Shown: piece by piece, positions 1-9,388 of the stretch
Layout: each line of letters begins with the position of its first letter
Numbering within the stretch: position 1 is the first letter of the stretch
Origin: Pseudomonadota bacterium
GTDB taxonomy: Bacteria; Pseudomonadota; Alphaproteobacteria; UBA8366
DNA: 64,000 bases
Direction of reading: 5' to 3'
Assembly (NCBI GenBank): GCA_036337155.1
Contig: JAYZET010000008.1
Location: 116,287-180,286, forward strand
Notes under the pieces: model-generated
Databases searched by the model: none
Told to the model about the DNA's origin: nothing
Seen by the model: the letters and a program-made list of their open reading frames with translations, nothing else
Made by a program: the position numbers and the translations under genes

Positions 1-411
1 GGGTTCGGTCCTCACATAAAGATGAGCCGTGGGGAGGCTGAATCCGGTGGAAGGGAAAACGATGCTATTCTAGCAGATGTTTGCGAGGCATTGATTGCTG
101 CAGTTTACAGGGATGGTGGCATAGAACCGGCGCGGCGGTTTATAGCTCGATATTGGTCTCACCGCCTTCAGGCGCCGGTTTGTCCGCCAGAGGATGCGAA
201 AACATCGCTTCAGGAATGGGCTCAGGGACAGGGTCTTCCCCTGCCGAATTACCGAATGGTCAGGCGCGAAGGCCCTGATCATGCGCCGGAGTTCACAGTC
301 GCGGTGGGCGTTCAAGGGTGGAAAGAAACTGAAGGCCGAGGTTCCTCGAAGCGAACGGCAGAGCGGGCGGCAGCGGAAGCCCTGCTTGCTCGCGTGGGTT
401 TGCGTGACTAA
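1..411 (+). CDS. rnc: Ribonuclease III, C-terminal part (5' end outside window)
   Basis: Frame 1 is open from the window edge. It contains GEAESGGRENDAILADVCEALIAAVYRDGG (end of the RNase III catalytic domain), then a dsRBD-like segment (KTSLQEWAQGQGLPLPNY...GSSKRTAERAAAEALL). rnc-era-recO synteny supports the call. Confidence 0.85.
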   Translation, partial: GFGPHIKMSRGEAESGGRENDAILADVCEALIAAVYRDGGIEPARRFIARYWSHRLQAPVCPPEDAKTSLQEWAQGQGLPLPNYRMVRREGPDHAPEFTVAVGVQGWKETEGRGSSKRTAERAAAEALLARVGLRD

Positions 412-1309
412 TCCGATCAAAACACGTTGTGGGTTTGTGGCGGTAATTGGTGCGCCGAATGTAGGTAAATCGACACTGATCAATTGCTTTGTAGGTGCCA
501 AAGTTTCCATCGTAACCCATAAGGTTCAGACGACCCGCACCCGGATTTTGGGTATCGCGATGCGTGATGAAGCACAGCTGGTGTTTATTGATACTCCTGG
601 GATTTTTGAACCGCGCCGCCGTCTCGATCGAGCAATGGTGGATGCAGCATGGCGGGGGACCGCCGATGGCGACTGTGTCATGCTGCTGGTCGACGCGAAG
701 CGTGGTATAGACGCTGATACTGAGCGAATTGTTGAAGGGTTGCGTCGGACAAAACGCAAGGCGACGCTTATTCTCAACAAGATTGATTTAGTTAAGAGAG
801 AGATTTTGCTTGCCTTAGCTGCGGAAATGAATGGCACTGGTGTCATTGATGAGATTTTTATGGTCTCCGCGCTTAAGGATGATGGTGTTGGCGCGGTAAT
901 GGACAGGTTGGCGGGATCTCTTCCTATGGGTCCGTGGATGTTTCCAGAAGACCAAGTTTCCGACTTGCCGCAACGTCTAATGGCGGCGGAAGTTACTCGC
1001 GAGCAGTTGTTCCTGTTGACGCATCAGGAGGTGCCATATTCGATAACGGTTGAGACCAATTCATGGAAAGAATTCAAGGATGGCAGTGTTAAGATTGATC
1101 AGTCGATTTATGTTCGGCGGTCTTCTCAGAAGGCTATAGTGCTCGGTCGTAAGGGGGTGCGTGTGAAGGAAATTGGGGCTGCCGCGCGCGCAGAACTCGG
1201 CGATATTTTGGGTCGCGAGGTCCACCTTTTCATCCACGTAAAAGTTCGTGATAAATGGATGGATGACCGATCGCATTACTCGCCGTGGGGTCTCGATTTC
1301 AATGCCTAG
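404..1309 (+). CDS. era: GTPase Era
   Basis: G1 GAPNVGKSTLIN, G3 DTPG, G4 NKID and a C-terminal KH-like domain are present. The track ORF from 194 overlaps rnc. GTG 404, overlapping the rnc stop, gives about 301 aa as is typical; the start is uncertain. Confidence 0.88.
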   Translation: MTNPIKTRCGFVAVIGAPNVGKSTLINCFVGAKVSIVTHKVQTTRTRILGIAMRDEAQLVFIDTPGIFEPRRRLDRAMVDAAWRGTADGDCVMLLVDAKRGIDADTERIVEGLRRTKRKATLILNKIDLVKREILLALAAEMNGTGVIDEIFMVSALKDDGVGAVMDRLAGSLPMGPWMFPEDQVSDLPQRLMAAEVTREQLFLLTHQEVPYSITVETNSWKEFKDGSVKIDQSIYVRRSSQKAIVLGRKGVRVKEIGAAARAELGDILGREVHLFIHVKVRDKWMDDRSHYSPWGLDFNA

Positions 1310-1329
1310 GGCGAGTGGCGGCTGATAAA

Positions 1330-2034
1330 ATGGAGTGGCGAGACGAGGGTATCGTACTCAGTTTGCGAAAGCATGGGGAATCATCGGTAATTGCTCATAT
1401 TTTTACGCGCTATCACGGTCGACATGCGGGAATTGTGCGGGGCGGTAGTTCGATAAAGATGCGGGGTGTCCTTCAGCCAGGAAATGAGGTGGCTGCTCAG
1501 TGGCGGGCGCGGTTAGAAGACCACCTTGGGGCGTTTGTGTTAGAATTGCAGGAAGGCTTTGCGGCTAGAGTATTGAGTGATCCAGGAAGGCTTTCTGCTA
1601 TGTTGTCAGCATGCACCCTGGTAGATATTTGTCTGCCGGAACGGGAGCGACACCCTGATCTCTACGCATCCTTGCAGGCTCTATTATTTGTATTGTCTGA
1701 AGATGCCTGGGCGGAGGCCTACGTTGCCTGGGAACTTACTTTGCTGGCAGAGCTAGGTTTTGGTCTCGATCTGTCGGCTTGCGCGGTAACCGGCGTTTCT
1801 AAGAATTTGCTCTATGTCTCGCCAAAGAGTGGTCGTGCAGTCTCAGCCGAGGCAGGCGAAGAATATAGAGACCGGCTATTGCATTTGCCTGCATTTCTTA
1901 TCGGCGGTAAGGAAGCCGGTGAGGAGGCCATTTTGCATGGTCTTCGCCTCACCGGCTATTTTCTGGAGCGACACGTGCTTACACCGCACGCGAAAACATT
2001 GCCAGATGCTCGAGTGCGAATTATGGGCCGCTGA
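1330..2034 (+). CDS. recO: DNA repair protein RecO
   Basis: MEWRDEGIVLSLRKHGESSVIAHIFTRYHGRHAGIVRGG is a typical RecO N-terminal OB-fold sequence. It has the conserved position after era. The start is taken at ATG 1330. Confidence 0.82.
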   Translation: MEWRDEGIVLSLRKHGESSVIAHIFTRYHGRHAGIVRGGSSIKMRGVLQPGNEVAAQWRARLEDHLGAFVLELQEGFAARVLSDPGRLSAMLSACTLVDICLPERERHPDLYASLQALLFVLSEDAWAEAYVAWELTLLAELGFGLDLSACAVTGVSKNLLYVSPKSGRAVSAEAGEEYRDRLLHLPAFLIGGKEAGEEAILHGLRLTGYFLERHVLTPHAKTLPDARVRIMGR

Positions 2035-2049
2035 GATTACGTCGACATG

Positions 2050-3513
2050 TTAGTGTTTGTGGCCGTGATCGCCCGCCCAGAACTCGCCACCGGCACCGAA
2101 GCCAAACCTCAGACCCAGCCAAACAGCGTGGGCGTTTGTTTCTCCAGTCGTGGCGTCGAGCGAATCAAGTTCATCGTAGTTGTATTGTAAACGCACATCT
2201 CCGAGAGGTGCGAAGGCCCATCGAAGCATTGGAGAGATGCGGTGCCGGTCTGCTCGATCATCATCAGCTTGACGATCTGTGACGCCATGGCCTTCACCCA
2301 TTGCGAGTTCATAGCGAATTCCAACAGAGAACTTTGGTGCGAATTCATACGTAGCTTGGGTATAAAAACCGTAATCTTCAATATGACTGCTCAGTAGGTC
2401 GAGATTATTATCGCTACCGAGTTCATATTGGCGGAATAGAAATTCTGATTGCCAGTTGAATTTGCGACCGCCCGAGAGCTTATTCTCGAATCGTAGATCT
2501 ACTCCAGCAATTTGCGTCGAAGCGTCGTTTCCGGTCGCATTTGGTCCCGTTAAACCTGAAAACCCAAGATCAATGTGGGAGCCATGCCAAAGTTCGCCGT
2601 TCAATTCTAACCGGGCGAGATATACCAAGTCAGAAAATCCTAAAACGTCCTGTGACCGGAATGTTCGGCCGCCAATCGTCTCGTCTGCGGCAAGAAAGCT
2701 TTTCATTGTTTCGCCGCGCGAATTATAAGCTCCGAAATGTAATCCAAGTGGCGAATTACTACCTCTCCATCCTAATCGGACGCCCGTCTGTCTAATCCCG
2801 TCTCCTCCGAACATGCGTGTCAAAATGACAGGTTGGTCTATAAAGTCCCAATCATGAAGATGTGACGGATTAAAGGCGCCGAATTCCAAGAACTGCTGAC
2901 CTGCTTCGATCTCTAACCCAATTGGGAGGCTGTTCGTGCGCAAAAATGCCTCTTCAACTTCTACCTTCGACTCGCCATCTTGATCGAGAAAATAGGCGAC
3001 ATGAAACTCTCCATCAAAGTAGCCGTCCACCGATCCCGTCATTCCGAAGTCTGCCGTCTGTAAGGTAAACCCAGTACCATCTGGATCATGCCCGCCACCT
3101 TGAAGCGTGCGTGCTACGGCGCCGGTTTCCGAAGAATGGCCGACAGTCATTGCCGTGTTAACGCCGATAGAATCCAATCTCACGATCTTATTTCCAACCT
3201 TCTTGGCGAAGAGACTGTTCCCGGTCTCGACTTTTCCGTGATCGTCGTGTTTCCCGTGGTCGTGTTCGTCTTTGCCATGAGTAGTCGAAGAAAGAGCTTT
3301 TGCATCACCGCCGAGGGATTTTACCTCGCTCAACAAATTCTTTATGAGCCTGTCTTTTTCTTCATCACGTTTGAGAAGGTCTTGAAGGGTAGCCTCAAGC
3401 AGTTTGACCCTTTCCGCTGTTGTTTGAGCGGATACATCTTGCCCAATGCAGATAAGCGCAATGAACAGCAAAGCGCTAAGGATCCTAAAGGGGCCAAATT
3501 GAACTTTACACAT
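2050..3513 (-). CDS. His-rich outer-membrane beta-barrel protein (putative zinc-responsive porin/channel)
   Basis: It has a signal peptide (FRILSALLFIALICIGQDVSA|Q), a coiled-coil-like segment and a His/Asp-rich stretch (THGKDEHDHGKHDDHGK). A long amphipathic beta-strand-pattern region follows, ending in a C-terminal GDHGHKH tail. An AGGAG SD lies 8 nt before ATG 3513. The gene sits directly downstream of znuA behind palindromic boxes. Confidence 0.6.
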   Translation of the reverse strand: MCKVQFGPFRILSALLFIALICIGQDVSAQTTAERVKLLEATLQDLLKRDEEKDRLIKNLLSEVKSLGGDAKALSSTTHGKDEHDHGKHDDHGKVETGNSLFAKKVGNKIVRLDSIGVNTAMTVGHSSETGAVARTLQGGGHDPDGTGFTLQTADFGMTGSVDGYFDGEFHVAYFLDQDGESKVEVEEAFLRTNSLPIGLEIEAGQQFLEFGAFNPSHLHDWDFIDQPVILTRMFGGDGIRQTGVRLGWRGSNSPLGLHFGAYNSRGETMKSFLAADETIGGRTFRSQDVLGFSDLVYLARLELNGELWHGSHIDLGFSGLTGPNATGNDASTQIAGVDLRFENKLSGGRKFNWQSEFLFRQYELGSDNNLDLLSSHIEDYGFYTQATYEFAPKFSVGIRYELAMGEGHGVTDRQADDDRADRHRISPMLRWAFAPLGDVRLQYNYDELDSLDATTGETNAHAVWLGLRFGFGAGGEFWAGDHGHKH

Positions 3514-3531
3514 ATCTTAGTCTCCTTAATC

Positions 3532-3572
3532 GATACGTTATAACGTCTCTTAATTTTTATATGTTATAACGT
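3532..3572. promoter_or_regulatory. Pair of Zur-box-like palindromes (proximal copy)
   Basis: ACGTTATAACGT at 3535-3546 is a perfect 12-bp palindrome, extending to GAtACGTTATAACGTcTC. ATGTTATAACGT lies at 3561-3572. Both are immediately upstream of the OMP SD/ATG, and the TATAAC inside each box resembles a -10 hexamer. Confidence 0.55.
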
Positions 3573-3607
3573 CATTGAACTTTACACATATCTTAGTCTC
3601 CTTAATC

Positions 3608-3648
3608 GATACGTTATAACGTCTCTTAATTTTTATACGTTATAACCT
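3608..3648. promoter_or_regulatory. Pair of Zur-box-like palindromes (distal duplicated copy)
   Basis: ACGTTATAACGT lies at 3611-3622 and ACGTTATAACCT at 3637-3648. They are part of the second 76-bp unit. Confidence 0.5.
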
Positions 3649-3666
3649 AGCATATTGTTCGGAAAA

Positions 3667-4599
3667 CTATTGAACTCCGGCGCAGCTTTTGATCGAGCTA
3701 GCGATACCTTTGATTAGCTTAAAATAGGAATCCGGTCCAGGCGAAAGGCTAGCTCCAAGGGGATCCAGTTCTTTTACCTTTGCGGAAGTCCCCTCGGCGA
3801 TTCGTTTAGCAGCTTTTGTAGTAAATTGCGGTTCTTTGAAAATACAGCGGATATTTGATTTAACAATCCGTGTGCGTATTTCATAGAGCCTCTTAGCTCC
3901 CGGAGGTCGTTCTGGGTGAACTGAGATCGCGCCCATTGCCATAGTTCCGAAGCGTTGCTCAAAATATTGATATGCATCGTGAAATACAATGTATGGAGCT
4001 TGACGTACCGCTGCTAAATCGCGTTTGGTCTCTTGGAGTAGCGTTTCAAGTCGTCGCTTCAAATCGTTGGCGTTTTGTCGGTATCGTTCAGCATTTTCTG
4101 AGTCCAGATCACTTAGAGTATCCGCTACGATATCCGCAATTACTTGAGCATTCTTTGGGTCGAGCCAAATATGACCGTCGTGATCTGAATGTCCGTGCCC
4201 ATGTCCATGGCTATGCCCATGTGCGTCTTCACCCTCGCCCCAAATGCCGCCTTCGCGCGCGTCATGTAAAATCAGGTCATCGGTTTTTGTTAACGTTATC
4301 ACCCGAGGGCCGCCATCTATCGTGTCTAGCGCTTTTTCCAAAAATGATTCTATGCTCGGACCAATCCAAAATATTGCATCAGCATTTGATAGGAGCCTCA
4401 TAGTCGAAGGTTTCAATGAAAATGAATGCGGTGACTCATTTCCTTTGAGTAATAGCTCAGGGGCACCTATCCCATCCATTACACCTGCGACGAGGGAATG
4501 TAGGGGTTGGATTGTCGTGACGATTTTTGGTGCTTTTGCTGCAATAGGTTTAGAACTCAGCAACAATAACATTACTAGCGAGATAACTAAATGCTTCAT
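3667..4599 (-). CDS. znuA: Zinc ABC transporter periplasmic binding protein ZnuA
   Basis: It has a signal peptide and a cluster-9 SBP-like sequence with the characteristic His-rich loop GEDAHGHSHGHGHGHSDHDGH. It is divergent from zur-znuCB. Confidence 0.9.
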   Translation of the reverse strand: MKHLVISLVMLLLLSSKPIAAKAPKIVTTIQPLHSLVAGVMDGIGAPELLLKGNESPHSFSLKPSTMRLLSNADAIFWIGPSIESFLEKALDTIDGGPRVITLTKTDDLILHDAREGGIWGEGEDAHGHSHGHGHGHSDHDGHIWLDPKNAQVIADIVADTLSDLDSENAERYRQNANDLKRRLETLLQETKRDLAAVRQAPYIVFHDAYQYFEQRFGTMAMGAISVHPERPPGAKRLYEIRTRIVKSNIRCIFKEPQFTTKAAKRIAEGTSAKVKELDPLGASLSPGPDSYFKLIKGIASSIKSCAGVQ

Positions 4600-4617
4600 A
4601 GAATGACCGAATTTTAT

Positions 4618-4632
4618 TGTTATACTATAACA
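4618..4632. promoter_or_regulatory. Candidate Zur operator in the znuA / zur-znuCB divergent region
   Basis: TGTTATA-C-TATAACA is a perfect 7-1-7 inverted repeat centred about 26 bp upstream of the znuA ATG (4599). It shares the GTTAT/ATAAC half-sites with the boxes at 3535-3648. Confidence 0.5.
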
Positions 4633-4715
4633 TATTTATTGATACAATATAGCATTGTCAACATTATGATCGTATGGTTGTCTTTAGATGTGGTTCAAAA
4701 GATGTGGTCACTAGC

Positions 4716-5222
4716 ATGAAACCTACAATTCCGGATCCGAATCATGACCATCGCCAATGTGTTGACCAAGCCATTGCTGTAGCAAATCGGATTTGTCGGC
4801 AAAATAAAACACGATTTACCAAGTTACGTCGGCGAGTTCTAGAATTGATTTGGACTAGTCACGAGCCAGTTGGTGCGTACGGCGTATTAGCATTGATGAA
4901 TGCTGAAACAGAAGGAAACGTTGCTCCTATGACCGTTTATAGGGCTATCGATTTTCTGATTGAGAATCGACTCGTACACCGTATCGCCAGCCGTAACGCC
5001 TATGTAGGTTGTAGCCATCCAGATTCTCCGCACGCTGGCCAGCTCATTATATGTAACGATTGCGGCCGCGTAGGTGAGATTTTGGAAGATACTATAACAA
5101 AAGCAGTGGCAGCTGGTGCCGAGCGCGTGGGTTTCGATGGCGTGAGCTCTGTGATTGAAATTCAAGGTCGCTGTCATGATTGCCGGGAATTGTCTGATAT
5201 TCACGGTAATGCCGGTGCCTGA
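4716..5222 (+). CDS. zur: Zinc uptake regulator, Fur family
   Basis: It has a Fur-family winged helix (RFTKLRRRVLELIWTSHEPVGAYGVLALM, YRAIDFLIENRLVHRI) and metal-site Cys pairs (CNDCGRV ... CHDC). It is the first gene of zur-znuC-znuB. The start could be 4674 or 4716. Confidence 0.8.
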   Translation: MKPTIPDPNHDHRQCVDQAIAVANRICRQNKTRFTKLRRRVLELIWTSHEPVGAYGVLALMNAETEGNVAPMTVYRAIDFLIENRLVHRIASRNAYVGCSHPDSPHAGQLIICNDCGRVGEILEDTITKAVAAGAERVGFDGVSSVIEIQGRCHDCRELSDIHGNAGA

Positions 5223-5985
5223 AAGTTCATCTTTGGCGACGCTGGAAACATTGATTGAAGGATCTGGTCTCGAGCTTTCCTTCGAGGGCCGCAAAATCCT
5301 CCATAATGTCGATATCCTGGTCGGGCGCAGTGAAATCGTAACGCTAATTGGGCCAAATGGCGCTGGTAAGACGACGCTTTTGCGATTGCTGCTTGGGCTG
5401 CAGAAGCCTGATGAGGGGATGGTTCGACGTGCAACCGGGCTCACCATCGGTTATCTGCCACAAAAAATTATAGTCGATCCAACGTTGCCACTTACGGTCT
5501 TGCGGATGCTTGGGTTGACTAAATCTGTCTCGATTGATGATGCACGGCGAGAATTGGCGGAAGTTGGCGCAGGGCATCTTGAACAGGCGATGATGCATGA
5601 TCTTTCTGGCGGAGAATTACAGCGCGTAATGCTCGCACGCGCTATGTTGCGCCAACCGGACCTTCTTGTGCTCGACGAGCCTATGCAAGGAGTTGATTAT
5701 AAAGGTGAGCTCGATCTTTACGAGTTGATCGGGCGAATTCGCGATCGTTGCGGTTGCGGGATATTACTTGTGTCGCACGACTTACATCTAGTTATGGCAT
5801 CGACTGACCGGGTTGTGTGTCTTAATCATCAAATCTGTTGTGTAGGCCATCCGGAGGCCGTAAAGCGAGACCCTGAATATCTAGCTCTATTCGGTCTTCG
5901 AGCGGCTGAAAGCCTTGCCGTGTATACCCATGGTAGCGATGTTAAAAATGATTCTGCGGATGACACCGTTGAGTACGACCACTAG
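5209..5985 (+). CDS. znuC: Zinc ABC transporter ATP-binding protein ZnuC
   Basis: Walker A GPNGAGKTTLL, signature LSGGELQRV and Walker B LLVLDEP are present. It overlaps the zur stop, suggesting translational coupling. The start is uncertain (the track ORF begins at 5155). Confidence 0.85.
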   Translation: MPVPESSSLATLETLIEGSGLELSFEGRKILHNVDILVGRSEIVTLIGPNGAGKTTLLRLLLGLQKPDEGMVRRATGLTIGYLPQKIIVDPTLPLTVLRMLGLTKSVSIDDARRELAEVGAGHLEQAMMHDLSGGELQRVMLARAMLRQPDLLVLDEPMQGVDYKGELDLYELIGRIRDRCGCGILLVSHDLHLVMASTDRVVCLNHQICCVGHPEAVKRDPEYLALFGLRAAESLAVYTHGSDVKNDSADDTVEYDH

Positions 5986-5987
5986 CC

Positions 5988-6806
5988 ATGCTTGATGACT
6001 TCTTCATTAGAGCCGTTCTTGGCGGTATCGGTGTTGCGATTGTGGCGGGTCCGCTCGGTTGTTTCGTTGTTTGGCAAAGGATGTCCTATTTTGGAGCTGC
6101 GATAGCTCACGCAGCGCTGCTCGGTTTGGCGCTCGGCTTCCTTTTCAACGTTGAGCCGTTGCTGGGTATCATCGTCGTTTCGTTATTGTTCGCGGTGGGT
6201 ATCATTAGTCTGGAGCGTCGCAGTTACCTAGCATCCGATACGGTGCTAGGAATCTTTGCACATGTAGCACTGGCGCTTGGTGTCGTCGTCGTTGGTCTCA
6301 TGGAGACGCTCAGGATAGACCTTATGTCTTACCTCTTCGGTGATATTCTTTCAATTGGGCGTCTAGATCTTCTTTGGATCTATCTTGGAGGTGCGCTTTC
6401 ACTAGCCGTTCTAGTCTGGATTTGGAGGCCCTTGCTTGCAGTGACGGTTCAGGAAGATATGGCCGCAGCAGAAGGGATCGCGGTTGAGCGCAGTCGGCTC
6501 CTTTTTACATTGTTACTGGCCGTAGTCATCGCGATTGCGATGAAAATTGTTGGAATTTTATTGATTATTTCTATGTTGATCGTTCCAGCCGCTGCGGCAC
6601 GTTATGTATCGCGTACACCGGAAACCATGGCCATTATTTCAGTTTGTTTTGGCATTATCTCGGTCGTGTTTGGACTTGGCGCATCGCTTCAATGGGATAC
6701 CCCATCAGGTCCTTCAATCGTTCTGGTTTCCTTTTTGCTTTTCTTATTGGCGCGCTTCGTTCGGATGCCGAAACGACTTTTATCAGGTGATAGTACCAAG
6801 ACTTGA
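5988..6806 (+). CDS. znuB: Zinc ABC transporter permease ZnuB
   Basis: This 272-aa polytopic membrane protein is ABC-3 family-like and begins 2 nt after znuC. Confidence 0.85.
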   Translation: MLDDFFIRAVLGGIGVAIVAGPLGCFVVWQRMSYFGAAIAHAALLGLALGFLFNVEPLLGIIVVSLLFAVGIISLERRSYLASDTVLGIFAHVALALGVVVVGLMETLRIDLMSYLFGDILSIGRLDLLWIYLGGALSLAVLVWIWRPLLAVTVQEDMAAAEGIAVERSRLLFTLLLAVVIAIAMKIVGILLIISMLIVPAAAARYVSRTPETMAIISVCFGIISVVFGLGASLQWDTPSGPSIVLVSFLLFLLARFVRMPKRLLSGDSTKT

Positions 6807-6866
6807 GTTATCTAGATATTGCGTGCACAGGGTTGCTAACTACTATATATCGCAGTAGAACAACCC

Positions 6867-9098
6867 ATGTCCGATCCTCAACTAACTGAAGATATTCGTG
6901 CTGTTCAGCTTCGCGACGCGCTAGCGGAGCGTTACATGGCCTATGCCATGTCCACCATCACGTCTCGTTCGTTGCCGGATGTGCGCGATGGTTTGAAGCC
7001 TGTCCATCGACGCTTGCTCTACGCGATGCGAGAGCTGCATCTTAACCCCGACACCGGGTTCAAAAAATGCGCTCGCATAGTCGGTGATGTCATGGGTAAG
7101 TATCACCCTCATGGCGATGCGGCGATTTATGACGCCATGGTTCGGCTCGCTCAAGATTTTGCGGTGCGGTATCCGTTGGTCGACGGTCAGGGGAATTTTG
7201 GTAATATTGACGGCGACAATGCGGCTGCCATGCGTTACACCGAAGCGCGCATGACAGAAGTCGCGCGCCGCCTACTTGAGGGCATCGACGAGGACGCGGT
7301 AGATTTTCGGGATACTTACGATGGTGAGGGGGAGGAACCTATCGTTCTGCCGGCGAATTTTCCAAATCTACTTGGAAATGGCGCTGCGGGGATCGCTGTT
7401 GGCATGGCGACCAGCATTCCCCCGCATAACGTGGCGGAGCTGTGTGAAGCCTTGCTGCATTTGGTTAAGCACCCTAATGCAACTATCGAAAAGCTGGTCA
7501 GTATAGTACGGGGACCGGATTTTCCGACCGGTGGTATACTCTGCGAGAGTAGGGCAGATGTCATTGCCGCTTATCGAACCGGTCGCGGCGGCTTCCGCAT
7601 CCGCGCGAAGTGGGAGACTGAGCGTCTCAAGGGGGGCGGCTTCCGTATTTTGGTGACGGAAATGCCCTACCAGGTACAAAAGTCGAAGCTAGTCGAGAAA
7701 ATTGCGGAGTTGCTGCACAATCGCAAGCTCACCATGCTTGAGGATATTCGAGACGAGTCGACGGATGAAGTACGCCTCGTTCTGGAACCAAAGTCTCGCA
7801 ATGTTGATCCTAACCTCCTGATGGAATCGTTATTCCGGCAGACTGAACTTGAGACCCGATTTTCATTCAACATGAACTTGCTCGATCACGGTAAGGTACC
7901 GCGGGTGATGAACCTGCGTGAGGTGTTACAGGCTTTTCTGAATCATCGCCACGATGTTTTGGTACGGCGTAAGACTTTCCGTCTCGGCAAGATTGACCGG
8001 CGCCTTGAAATTCTCGGTGGGTATCTCGTCGCCTATCTTAACATTGACGAGGTGATCCGTATCATCCGTGAAAAAGACGATGCCAAAGCCGAGTTGATCG
8101 GGGTATTCAAGCTCAGTGATATGCAGGCCGACGCAATCCTCAATATGCGTCTGCGCCATTTACGCAAATTGGAAGAGATGGAGATTCGTGATGAGCACGC
8201 CACCTTGATAAAGGAACGTAAGGAAATCAAGGCACTGTTGAAGAACGAGAAGGCGCGTTGGCTGATTATTACGAACGAGCTTAAGGAATTGCGTGCTAAC
8301 TTCGGTCTGGACACCGAACTCGGTCGTCGCCGTACTGAAATTGCCGAGGCGCCCTCTGCTGTTGTCATTCCGCTAGAAGCCATGGTTGAGCGCGAGCCTG
8401 TCACGGTTGTTTGTTCGATGAAGGGCTGGGTCCGTGCCATCAAGGGGCATATTGAGAGTGAGAACGAGCTCAAGTTCAAGGAGGGCGACCGCCACCGGTT
8501 TGCGCTAAGTGCGCAGACAACGGACAAGCTACTGGTTTTTGGCACTAACGGGCGATTCTACACAATTGGTGTCGACAGGCTGCCGGGCGGACGCGGGCAC
8601 GGCGAGCCGTTGCGCATAATGTTTGACTTGCCACAAGAGCACGATATTGCCGGACTTTCGATATATCGCCCGACGCAGAAAATCCTGGTTGCAGCCTCTG
8701 ATGGGCGAGGATTTGTTGTTCCTGAGGACGAATTGATAGCACAAACCCGCAACGGCAAGCAGGTGCTGAATGTCTCAGGTGCAACGGAGGCACGGGCGAG
8801 CTTTGCCATAAATAAAGACGACAATCATGTCGCCGTGGTAGGTGAGAACCGCAAGTTGCTAATTTTCCCGTTGGCAGACTTGCCCGAGATGGGGCGAGGG
8901 CGCGGAAATATCCTCCAGCGATACAAGGATGGTGGGCTAGAGGATGCTAAAACCTTGAATATCGAAGATGGCCTAACTTGGAAACTAGGCGAACGCACGC
9001 GCACAGAGATCGATATCTTGCGTTACATTGGCAAACGCGCCAGTGCCGGCCTGATGGTCCCTAGAGGCTTCCCGAGGGATAACAAGTTTGGAGGATAG
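6867..9098 (+). CDS. parC: DNA topoisomerase IV subunit A
   Basis: The type IIA topoisomerase A-subunit N-terminus is present ([36 protein letters not shown] with the catalytic Tyr). At 743 aa it is ParC-sized and lacks the long GyrA C-terminal extension and GyrA box. Confidence 0.85.
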   Translation: MSDPQLTEDIRAVQLRDALAERYMAYAMSTITSRSLPDVRDGLKPVHRRLLYAMRELHLNPDTGFKKCARIVGDVMGKYHPHGDAAIYDAMVRLAQDFAVRYPLVDGQGNFGNIDGDNAAAMRYTEARMTEVARRLLEGIDEDAVDFRDTYDGEGEEPIVLPANFPNLLGNGAAGIAVGMATSIPPHNVAELCEALLHLVKHPNATIEKLVSIVRGPDFPTGGILCESRADVIAAYRTGRGGFRIRAKWETERLKGGGFRILVTEMPYQVQKSKLVEKIAELLHNRKLTMLEDIRDESTDEVRLVLEPKSRNVDPNLLMESLFRQTELETRFSFNMNLLDHGKVPRVMNLREVLQAFLNHRHDVLVRRKTFRLGKIDRRLEILGGYLVAYLNIDEVIRIIREKDDAKAELIGVFKLSDMQADAILNMRLRHLRKLEEMEIRDEHATLIKERKEIKALLKNEKARWLIITNELKELRANFGLDTELGRRRTEIAEAPSAVVIPLEAMVEREPVTVVCSMKGWVRAIKGHIESENELKFKEGDRHRFALSAQTTDKLLVFGTNGRFYTIGVDRLPGGRGHGEPLRIMFDLPQEHDIAGLSIYRPTQKILVAASDGRGFVVPEDELIAQTRNGKQVLNVSGATEARASFAINKDDNHVAVVGENRKLLIFPLADLPEMGRGRGNILQRYKDGGLEDAKTLNIEDGLTWKLGERTRTEIDILRYIGKRASAGLMVPRGFPRDNKFGG

Positions 9099-9388
9099 AG
9101 GATAATTCCGCGAGACAAAGGTCACTATCTGCGTCGTGGCGACCTAAATTTATTTGTGAGTCTTAATTACTCTAAGTTGGATCTTTTGTAAGTCTCAGGC
9201 AATGAACTTACACGGCACGTGAAATTTTTTAATGACACTTTGGATTAGCCATATGTTGTGTTCTTGTGCACTCATGGAGTAGCGAATTTTTTCTGAACGG
9301 CGAACTGTGTCCCTTTTTGTAAGCTTGGATTTTGAAGCGGTCGATCGGTTCCGTGTGTGCATCAATTGTCGTTGGCGATTAAACCTTT

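Larger units (their letters stand above)
3498..3649. repeat. Tandem direct duplication, 2 x 76 bp (3498-3573 and 3574-3649), 73/76 identical
   Basis: Manual alignment gives mismatches only at 3562/3638, 3571/3647 and 3573/3649. The unit includes the first 16 nt of the OMP CDS, its SD and two palindromic boxes. Confidence 0.92.

Noticed and set aside
3498-3649. Whether the repeat could be a mini CRISPR array or a mobile-element end.
   Set aside because: There are only two directly abutting copies with no spacer between them. The repeat includes a gene start and SD, and there are no cas or transposase genes. It is a simple tandem duplication.
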